A DNA stretch of 64,000 nucleotides from contig CAZAQY010000007.1 of the NCBI GenBank assembly GCA_964486845.1, positions 1,688 to 65,687 of the forward strand, in the 5' to 3' direction. The DNA is from an uncultured Pirellulaceae bacterium. Its GTDB lineage: Bacteria; Planctomycetota; Planctomycetia; Pirellulales; Pirellulaceae. The notes beneath the pieces were generated by a model. The model saw nothing but the letters and a program-made list of their open reading frames with translations, was not told the origin of the DNA and ran no database searches. Shown here piece by piece: positions 9,479 through 19,900 of the stretch (position 1 is the stretch's first letter; the number at the start of each line of letters is the position of its first letter). The translations under genes and the position numbers were made by a program.

Positions 9479-9985
9479 TCACGCCCGCTCCGCTGACGGT
9501 CGTTCCGTGGCGGCATCCGGCCGGTAAAGCTGAGCAAACCGCTGTTTCATCTCCGCTCGTGCATGCGAGTCCCAGGCTCGGAGATGGGGTTCCCGGTCCC
9601 CGATGTTGAACCGCTCCAACACCAGCCGCCCCGTGACGGCCACGGTTTCACCAACCCAACCCTCCGCCTTGATCGTGGTCAAACGATCGTCTTCTGTAAC
9701 CAGTTCGGCCCGTAAGGTCAATGTCTCGCCGGGCCGGACAAACCCTGCGAACTTGAGGTTTCTCGCTTCCTTCAGAATCACCATCGAATGGCGGAAATCC
9801 TCGGACAAGCAGATCAACCAAGTCCCCGCCTGGAGAATCGCCTCCAACATCAAGACGCCGGGCATCACCGGGAACCGAGGAAAGTGATCGTGCAGGTACT
9901 CCTCGGCCAAAGACAGGGCCTTGACGGCCGTGATGCTGGCCCCCGGTTGGACGTCGATGATTCGGTCGATTAAGGTGAACCGCAT
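9479..9985 (-). CDS. 3-hydroxyacyl-ACP dehydratase, FabZ-like (catalytic His and Glu present)
   Basis: MRFTLIDRIIDVQPG...EEYLHDHFPRFPVMPGVLMLEAILQAG. Start placed at ATG 9985 within ORF 9479-10258. Confidence 0.85.
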   Translation of the reverse strand: MRFTLIDRIIDVQPGASITAVKALSLAEEYLHDHFPRFPVMPGVLMLEAILQAGTWLICLSEDFRHSMVILKEARNLKFAGFVRPGETLTLRAELVTEDDRLTTIKAEGWVGETVAVTGRLVLERFNIGDREPHLRAWDSHARAEMKQRFAQLYRPDAATERPSAERA

Positions 9986-10106
9986 GGGACCGCCCGTGAG
10001 TCTGGCCGGGATGCCCTGATTGTGTCCGGAAACGACAAAGGGCGTAAGTATACTTGCCGCAGCCAGCATAGACAACCGTGAATCGAGCTTGGTAGGATAA
10101 CTCGTC

Positions 10107-10951
10107 ATGCGACGAGGGATTTCTGTATCTCCGGGGGTGGCGGTTGGTACGGCGTTCTGTATCCACGAGATCTTCGTCAACCCCGCTAGAATGCACGTGG
10201 GCGAGGCAGACACTGCCGCCGAGTTGGCGAGGTACGAAGAGGCTCGCGAACAAGCCAAACACGCTTTATCGACCTTAAAATCCGCAATCGGCGATCATGC
10301 CGGACGTGACGCAGCAGCAATTTTTGCCGCTCAAGGTGCCGTCCTTCGCGACTTGGCTCTTACAGACAAGGTTCGCGCATGGATTTTGGATGAGCAGATC
10401 TCGGCTCAGGCCGCCTTGCAGAGACTGCTGGAACTCTACAAGACCGTATTCTCCCGCGTCGAGGATGCTTATGTTCCCATCGGGCTCATGGTCGAAGTGC
10501 CCGCCGCCGCAATTACCATCCGTTCCATGCTGCCCAAGTCGACTTTGTGTCCATCGGGTCGAATGATCTGGTTCAGTACCTGATGGCAGCGGATCGCGAT
10601 AATCCGAAGGTGGGCCACCTCTGCCAGCCGCTGGCACTGGCCGTGATTCAGGTGCTGACCGATGTCGTTCACAAGTGCAACGCCGTAGGCCGAACGGTGA
10701 CGGCCTGCGGCGAAATGGCCGGGCAGTCGCGGGCCTTTGTGTTGCTGTTGGCGATGGGCGTGCGGAGTTTCAGCATGAGCCCGGCCTTCATTCCCTTGAT
10801 CAAGGAGTTCGCCAAACACCTGTCGATCGCCGATGCGGTGAAGATCCTGCAGCATGCGCTGACCTTGCACACCATCGGCAAGGTCACGCGCTATCTCACC
10901 GAACAAATGAAGCGGCTGTCCCCGGACTTCGACCGGTTCGACTTTGCCTGA
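10107..10951 (+). pseudogene. ptsI: Remnant of PEP-protein phosphotransferase (PTS enzyme I) with a roughly 300-aa internal deletion and a frameshift
   Basis: Residues 1-122 match the EI N-terminus (GISVSPGVAVG...). They join directly (near 10473) to VPIGLMVEVPAAA, which is about residue 425 of E. coli EI. The frame changes near 10538 into VDFVSIGSNDLVQY...CGEMAG...SMSP. The phospho-His domain is absent. Confidence 0.75.
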
Positions 10952-10972
10952 GCCGGCTCCGTGATCCGTCTG

Positions 10973-13900
10973 CTACTGCGAGATTTCCGCGAGAATATCA
11001 TCCCACGGCGTGGCGTCCGCGAACGAGTCACCAATGTCCGCGGCGATCGAATCGAGCACGTCTTCCAGCCCGAAGCGATCGATGCGGATCGTGTCCCGCT
11101 CGGCGTCCCTGCGCAGGCGAGGTTCCGGCACCGCCGGCGGGAACACGGCGGTGCTTTCGCCATCGTCCAATCGCGCCGCCTCACCGGGTTGATCGAGTCT
11201 CGGCCCGGTCGCCAGGCTTGCACCCCAGGCCGGGGATGCCGCGGGTCTCTCCGGAACGAGGATCGGCTCACTCACGAAGGAACCTGCCGTGATCGCCGCC
11301 AAACCGGCCCATCCCTCGCCTTCGCCGCCAGCCGGTGAATTCAGCCGGTTGATCTCGTTGACCACGAGCAGGACGTCTCCCGGCTCGGCCGAACCGTTGC
11401 CGTTCACGTCGTAGAACGGAGCGCCCACCGGCCGGGGCACCGGCAACGCCGGATTGCCCGGATGGCTGTTGATGTAGTTGATCAACAGCAGGGCGTCGAT
11501 CGGCGACACGTATCCGTCGTTGTTCACGTCCCAGCGAAGGATGGGATTCTGCCAGTCCGAGGCCGGCTTGTCGACGATGCTGATGACGACCGTGACGATC
11601 TGCTGGCTGACCGCTCCATGTTCGTCCAGGGCCTGGTAGGAAAACGTGTCCAACGTGGAAATTCCGCCGTTGTGGCGATACGTGAAGGTGCCGTTGGCAT
11701 TCAGGGTGAAGCCGCCGCTGGCCGCGTACTGCGGTCCGGTCACCAGCCGCGCCCGCAACGCATCGCCTTCCGCATCGGTGTCATTGACCAGCACGCTGTC
11801 ATCGCCCGGTCCGTTGACCGTGCCGTTGACGTCGTTGGCGTTCAACACGCTGCCGCGCACGACCGTGTAGCCGTTGGGATCGATGTTGGCGATCGGCGCG
11901 TCGTTCACGCCCTGAATCGTCACCGTCACGGTAGCGACCGACGAGCCCACGCCGTCGCTGACCGTGTAAGTGAACTTCTCGGTCACCGTCTGACCGGCCT
12001 TCAACGCATCGAACTGCCCGTCGGGACTATAGATGATCTGGTTGTTGGCGGTGTTGGGCGGATTGATGACCACGCTGCCGAGCAAACCGGTATCGTCGAC
12101 AGCCACGACGATCTTCGGTCCAAAATCGTCCGTGTCGTTGAACAGCACATCAATCGTGACCGACTCGTCTTCGGTCGTCGTCACCGAATCGTCAGAGGCC
12201 ACCGGCGGATCGCTGGCCCCGAAAACGGTCACCGTGACGGCCGCCGTCGCCGTGCCGCCGTGACCGTCGCTGATGGTGTAGGTGAAGTAGTCCTTGGCTT
12301 CCTGGCCGATTCTCAGTGAATTGAAGGCCCCGTTGGGATCATACGTGACCGTGCTGTCCGCGTTGATGGAAACCCTGCCCTTCGTGCCGGCCAAGCCGAC
12401 CGAAGTAACTTGCAGCGCATCGCCGTCGATGTCCCGGTCGTTGATCAGCACATTGATCACCACCGTGCCGTTGCGGGGCACCCGGGCGCCCGTATCGGCG
12501 ACCGCCGTAGGAGCGTCGTTCAGGCCGTCGATGGTCACCGTCACCGTGCCCACGGCGGTGTAGCCGTCCTCGTCCTTGACGACGTACCGGAACGTGTCCG
12601 TGGCGGTCTGGCCCACGCCCAGCGACTCGAACTTGCCGTTGGGATGGTACGTGACCGTGTTGTTAAAGGTCCCCAGGTTGTTGACGCTCACCAGTCCCTT
12701 GGTGCCCACCGCCTGGACGCTCGTCACGGTGAGCCGGGTCCGTTCCGGATCGCTGTCGTTGGCCAGCACCGGGATCACCACGGGGCTGGCTTCGTTCGTC
12801 CGCGCGATCGGGTTCTGGGCCGTCCAGACGTCCGTCACGGCCTGTGGAGGATCGTTCAGGCCCTCGATGGTGACTGTCACGGTGCCCGTGCTGACGCCGC
12901 CGTGGCCATCCGAGACCTGATAGGTGAAGGTGTCGGTGGTCCTTTCCCCGATGTTCAAGTAGGCAAAGTTGCCGGCCGGATCATACTCCGCATAAGCTTG
13001 CCCGTTGGCGTCCGTCTTGATCGTCACGGTTCCGACGGTTCCTGTGTCGGCGGGGGCCAGGCTGACGAGTTCCAGTTCGTGCCTTTCCGGATCGGTATCG
13101 TTCGCCAAGACGTAGATGTTGGCCCTGGTGTCCTGATTGGTCGTGGTCGTGTCGTTGACCGCCGCGGGCGGGTCGTTACGGCCCTGCACGGTCACCGTGA
13201 CGGTTGCTCGGTTGGACAGGACGTTGCCATCGGTAGCCCGGTACGTGAAGGTATCCGTGCGGAATTGGCCGACGTCGAGGGCCTGCAACGCGGTGGCCGG
13301 GCTCGCGTCGTAGTAGAACGTGCCGTTCGGGTTCATGCTGACCCTGGCGCCCAAGACGGTCGCCATCTGGTAACTGGCCACCGTCAGCACGGCACCGAGC
13401 GTGGAGGGCACGTCATTGGCCAGGACGGAAGACAGCAGCGTCGTGCCCTTTTCGTCTTCATCGGACGAATAGGTATCGTTGACGGCTACCGGTGGTACTC
13501 CCGCCTGAATCTCCACGACGTGATCTTCGACTTCGCCGTCGGGCGCCAGTCCGGTGGGCCTCAGGCCCCCCAGGCTGCTGATACGAAAACGGCCGATCGT
13601 CCAGCCTTCCACCAGTTCCGCCGTTGGCACCACCTCGAACGCGTTAGGCCCGGCCCGCAACTGCTGGCTGGCGAAAATCTGCTCGCCGGGATCGTCAAAA
13701 TCACCGTCAATGTTGAAGTCGATCCAGGCGTCCAGCAGCCCTTCGGCCGACGCGGTGATGACCACCTCCGTGACGGAATTCAGGTTGAACTTGCCGATCT
13801 CCACACCGTCCTCATCATCGGTGCTCAATTCCAGTTGGCCGTTCCCCTGCGCGGTGGCCGCGATTCCGAGCCGGGCGCCCAGCACGGCGGATTGGACGGC

Positions 13901-16900
13901 CCGGACGAATCCTTCCTGGGTCGTGCTTCCGTCGAACACCAAGGGGATGTTGCCCCGTGTCACGCCATTGTCGAGCCTGCGGTCTTCGAACTCGAAGACG
14001 TACGTCATCGTGCGCGTCACCTGGCCATTGCTGGTGTACGTCACGTCGATGGTGAACGTGTCGCGGTCGAGAATGGGGTTTGCCTCGCCTGCCTCCGTCA
14101 AGCCATAGCCGGGCCGGATGGACATGGCGTCGCCGCCGAGGTGTACGGCACCGCCGCCGAGGTTACGGGGTTGCAGTCCCAGCGACAACCTCTCGCTCTC
14201 CGCCGCCACGGCCGACGCCGTCTTTTCCCCGATTTGATCGAAGCTGTCGCTGCCGGAGAACTGGATGACCGCAGCGTCAGGGACTCCATCCAGGTCCGCG
14301 TCCCACCATACGCCGTTGCTATCGAACTCAAACGTCGCGGTTTGATTGTTGTTGGTCACCGTGAAGATCGCCCCGTCTTGGACGCCGCAAACCAGCAGCG
14401 TCTGAGGCTGCGGGAACTGCATCACCGAGGGCGACAGCAACTGCACGTTCACGTTCGGGGGTATCGCCACGCGGAAGTCGGTGCGGTCGAGGGCGTCCTG
14501 ATTGTCGTCCCTGTTCGCCGTCCCTTCCTGGGAGACCTGGCCGTCGCGTTCGGCATCCACGCGCCGGCCGAGCGTAAGCGGGTTGTCGGTGATCACGTGT
14601 ACCGCGCCGTTCAGCCCCAACTCGGTCGGGTAGTGCCCGCCCTCTGTCTGCGGCGAATCGCCGAAGTCCATGTTCACGTTGCCGATGATGATGGTCATCT
14701 GCGTGTCGCCCGACAGCAGGTTCGCCTTGAGCGGATTGTCCGCGCGGTCCTTGATGCCCAGCCGCCGCTCGTTGCTGACGAACACGGGGTTCAACTCGGT
14801 GACCTGCAGCGCCTCCTGAATCAGCACCACGTCGCCGCCGGCAGGCAGCGGCGTGACGGCCAACGAACTGCTTTGGATTGCCCGGATGAGCGATACGGCG
14901 ACCTGCGTGCCGTCGTACAGGAACAGCTCGGGCAGCAGGAACGCCAACTTGCCGCCTCCTTGGTCCGTCATCGAGATTTCGACCCCGGCGTTGAGTGCGG
15001 CGGCGACGACGGCCTCGACAAAACCTTCCTGCGACGTGCGGTCGTCGAACAGCACCGGTATGTGGCCGTCGACCACGCCGTTCTTCAGCTGACAGTTCTC
15101 AAACTCGAACGTATACGACACGATCTGGCCGGCGCGGGTCGGCACGTCGATGGTCAACAGGTCGCCGTCCATGATCGGATTGGCCTGCCCCGCCACGCTC
15201 AAGGCGGACCCTGAGGCCACCAGCGCATCGCCGCCCAGGTGGACCCTTCCGCTGCCGAGGCTGCGAGGCCAGAGCCCCAACGCACGGGTCTCGCTCTCCT
15301 GGGCCACAACTTGCACCGTCGCGGCGGCGATCTCGTCCACGGTGTCGGCGGCGCCAAACGCGATGGGGACCGCGTCGATCGCGTAAACGCCGTCCGAGTC
15401 GTACTCGAACTTCGCGCTGCGTCCGTCGTTGGTCACGGTAAACGTCGCTCCGTCGCTCAGTTTCAGCTTGTCGCTGAGGGTCAGGACCAGTGTCAGCGGC
15501 TGCTGGAATTGCACCACGGTCGGCGCAGGCTGTGGGGACGAAATGGGCTGGCCGTACGCGTCCAGCAGTCTCATGCTGCCCGATACGTTCACCAAGTACC
15601 GCTCGGAATTCGAGTACTTGGTGTACATCCTCACCGGCACCGGAACCGCGGCCGGAGTTCCGGCGGTGCCGAGCACGCTCAGGCCGGGCGTCCGCGCCGG
15701 CACCGTCGGACTGGGCGGCGGCACGGTGGCCGACAAGGCGTGTCGCGAGGTGCCGTCCGTCGGCTCGCCCAGCAAGACGACGCCCAAGCCGGCGTTTACG
15801 GGTTTCAATCCGGACAGGGGCGCCGTCCGAATGGCGGCCACGATCTGATCGGCAAGATGGTCCGGGGACCGCGGATCCAGGCCGGGCCGTCCCACGGTTT
15901 TCAGGGACGTTCGGGAGACGTCGGCGGTGTACTTCGACGTCTCGGCCACGGGCTCGCCCAGCAACACGATGTCTCCACCCGGACTCACCGGATCGAGCCC
16001 CTGCAAGGTGGTCGAGCGGATGGCCGCGACAATGGCCGCCGCGATCTCGGGGGTAGTACTCGCCGGGGTGGTGCTCGTGCCGCTACTGTACGGCACCGCC
16101 TTGTTGCCCAAGGCCGTGCCGGGACTGCGGGCCGTGTCGTCGAATTCGAACGTCACCTGCCGCGTGCCATCGGAAAGCTTGAACGTCTGACCGTCGGCCA
16201 GGTAGGGCAATCCGCTGGCGTCGGCGGCCAGACGCGGACTCCCGTCGGCATTGGTGGGGATCCGCAGACCCCAACGCGAACTGTGAAAAGCGACCACGAT
16301 GTTCGGCGCCGTGGTCAGACCGGCGCCGACGCGGGCATCCAAGTCGTCCAACTCAAACGTCACGTTCCGTGTGCCGTCGCCGATCGTGAACATGTCCCGG
16401 TCCTGGACCCACGGCATGCCGCTGCCGTCATCGACCAAACGCAGCACGCCTGCACGGGTAGGAATCCGCAAGCCGAATGCCGAACGTACGCCTGGCTGGG
16501 CAGGCACGCCCGGTACCACGCTGTCCGCCAGCGTCAGACTGCTGTTCGCTACGTTGACGATGTGCACGAAGGCTGTGCCGCCCAAGTGTACGCGGCCGTC
16601 GGCCAGCGGAACGGGGGCCAAGCCGAGTTGAGCCAGTTCAATCTGCGTGGCGATCTTCTCCGCGATCTCCACATTGGTGTCCGACGCGCTGAAGTCGATC
16701 ACCCAGTTGTCCGGATTGCCGTCGCCATCGAGATCCACCCACTGCTTGTTGTCATCGAATTCGAAGGTCACGATCTTCGATCCGTCGTCGACCACGAAAA
16801 ACTGTCCATCCAGGATACCTTGGGATTGTCCGCTGCGTCTCAGCGTGGGGGCGCGCGAGACGTCGACGGTGTGCGCGCTGGTGCTCCCCAAGTGGACGAC

Positions 16901-19900
16901 ACCGCCGCCGACGCTTTTCGGGCTCAGCCCGATATTGGCCGACTTGAGCGCGGCGACCATGGCGTCCGCGATCTGGTCCGGCGTGTCGGTTCCGGTGAAC
17001 TTGACGAGGATGTTGTCGGGGGTTCCATCCCGATTGTTGTCGGCCCACACCCCATTGCTGTCGAATTCAAACACCTTCGTCTGGGTTGGGATTCCGGGAA
17101 TCGAGCGGCGGACGGTGAACGAGGCGCCGTCCGCGATGCCGCCCAAGGAACCGCCGGCGCTGGGCACGGTCAGCGTCAGCGTCTGCGGCACGCTCAGCGT
17201 ATAGCCGCTATCGATCTCGAAGGTCGCGACCTGGCCCTTCTTGTCCAGAATCTCGAACGAGGCTCCATCCAGCAATTCGGTGCCAGGCTCCGCCACCACG
17301 CGGAAATGGTCCGTATTGTTCAGTTCCACCGTGTAGACCCGGTTCGGCTCCCAAATGCCGGACAGTGGAGTAAGTACGATCGTGTCGCTGGTCGAGTTGT
17401 AACTGAACGCATAGTCGATGCCATCCACCAGCGGGACGCCGTCCCGCTTGAGGATCACGTTGCTGGAGACGACCGTCGCGTCTTCCAAGCCTGAACCGTG
17501 TTGGGCGTCGGCCGGCGGCACGCCGTCCACCAGGCGGATGCGGAAGCTGGAGTAGGCCGCCGAGGTGCCGAATTCCAGGGCCGTCGGCGCCGGGTTCTTG
17601 TCCAACCCGTCCGCGTCGTTGTCCCGAGGACTGACCGCGGTGGCCGTCGGTCCTACGAAGTCGGAGCGGTCCACCGCTCCTCGGTCCACGAACACGAACT
17701 CGCCGAATCCGGCCGGCGTCTCGACCTCCGGGTCGTCCACGCGCTGCTGTCCCGTCAGGTCGGTCGCCGGCGCCAAGATCGGCGAATCCGCGATCCCCAA
17801 CAGGTTCCTGACCTGCTGGAGGTCGAACCGGTCCAGCAACGAACCGATCGAGCTGTCGATGGCCGGGGACAATCGCGCCAAGTAGAAATGGCCGCTGGTC
17901 ACATCGCGGAACAGCGGATCCGCGGCGGCCAGGTGCAGAGCGAAGTCCTCGGTGATCTGGACAGCATTCAGGTCCGTCTGATTGCCCTGATACAACGTCC
18001 CCCCCACCACCGTGCCGGCCGCTTCCGAACTCGCATCGACGCTGATCCCTGCGGCCAGACCGGCCGCGATGTTGTTCAAAACCGTCGGGCTCGCGTTGTC
18101 CTCGATCGAAATGCCGGCGCCCAGCCCGCCGGCAAGCGTGCTGGCGACCGTCTGCGAAAAGACGTTGAAAAACGTGGTCGGACTCTGTCGGAACGCGTTG
18201 ATGTCAAACAAGGCGCCGCCGGTCTGCCGGGCGAACTGGTCGTAAGTCTGGGCCGTGTTGCCCGCGTAGGGCGCGTCCGGATCCAGCGTGATCCCGAAGA
18301 ACCGGGCGGACGCCGACCGCAGCGCAGTCAGGGCGGCTGTGAAATCCGACGTCAGGCTGTCGTCGTCCTCGTCGGTCACCATGATCGTAATGACCTGCGC
18401 ACCGGGACGGTTGAAACTGAACGTGGTTGTCGGATCAAAGGCGTTCAGCGCCTCCAGCACCGCCTGGCTGCCGTACTCGGTCGCCCCCGCCACGGGGAAG
18501 CTGTTGAAAGGACTGCCCGCCGCCACGAAGGTGCTGAACGGCACCAAGTCCTGGATCTGCTTGGGCGCACTGTTGGAATTCGCACCGGGAAACGTCACCA
18601 ATCCATACTGGGCGTCCACGTTTGCGGCCCGCATCTGGGCGTCGAAGGTCGGCAGTTGCCGCCGCAACTCCACAATGTCCTGCGCCAGGCTAGGCGACGT
18701 CGCGATCATGAACACAATCTCCACCGGCGCCGCCGTGGCGTTCGGCGCGATGCCGCCGTAGATGGTGTTGTTGACGATCCGTCCGAACGGAACCGGCCCC
18801 ACCTGGCCGCCCGGCGGATTCACCTCGCCCGCGAAACGGATGCCGCCGCCCTGACCCGTGGCCGGATCTCCGTTGTAGGCCAGGATATTGTTGGCGATCA
18901 CCACGCCGGGCACTAGGTTTCCCGTATTCAACTTGGGCGTGTTCCGGACCGGCCCCGCGTGCGGGATGTCGCCATCCTGTCCGTCCCGCGCCCCCGGTGC
19001 GACGTCGATCCCGTACCGCGCCGAATTCGTAATCGTGTTGCCGTGGATCAAGATCTGGCCTTGGTCGCGGAACAGATTACTGTCGCCCTGGCGGTCGTAC
19101 AAGACAAAATCCGACCCCGTCGAAGCGCCGAACGTGATTTCGATCTGGTAGAAGCCCGTGTTGCCTTCGCTGCCGCTGCCCTCGATCCGGGGATCGTAGG
19201 AGCGGTTGTCTTTGCCGCTCACGCCGACGTAGTACGTCCCTGCGACGACCGGCGTGAACTCCAGGAACGGATCCAATCGCAAGAACTCGCCCGGCGCGGC
19301 GTCGTTGTCGCTGATGGCTAGTTCGTTCCCATCGCGGTCGAAGATCCGCAAAATGGCGTCCAGCGGCGAACCGATTTCGTGAGCGTCGACATCCACGCGC
19401 AAGGTTTCTCCCGCCGAAAGTGCGACCTCGAACAGATCGACGTCAAACCCCGGGCGCAACGGGAAGTTGGCGTTGTCGCCGATCATTGCGCGACCCAAGT
19501 AAGCGGGCGAGTTGATTCCGAAAATCTGGGTCTTGGTTGCGCCGGCGAACGTGTCGTTGGTCTCGGGCACGTCCGTCGCGTGCACCTGCAGCGTGACCGG
19601 GCCGAACAGGTTGACCCGGTTGCTGGTGCTGTACATCGGACTTCCGCGGCCCGTCAACGTGCCGTCGCTGAGGGAGGCGGTCACGTCCAGTACGGCCTGC
19701 ACGTCGGGCCCGTTGACGGCGTCCCGGATGCGCCGCGCGATCAGGTCGTCAGGATCGGCCGGCGTGAACGGAATGCCGATGACGCCCGGCGCCGGCGGGT
19801 TGTTGGGGATGGTGGTATCCAAGTACTCGAAATCGACATGGCGGACTCCGTCGCTGATCCGGAAGGTCTGACGGTTGGCGATGTCCAAGCCGCGCTGAAC

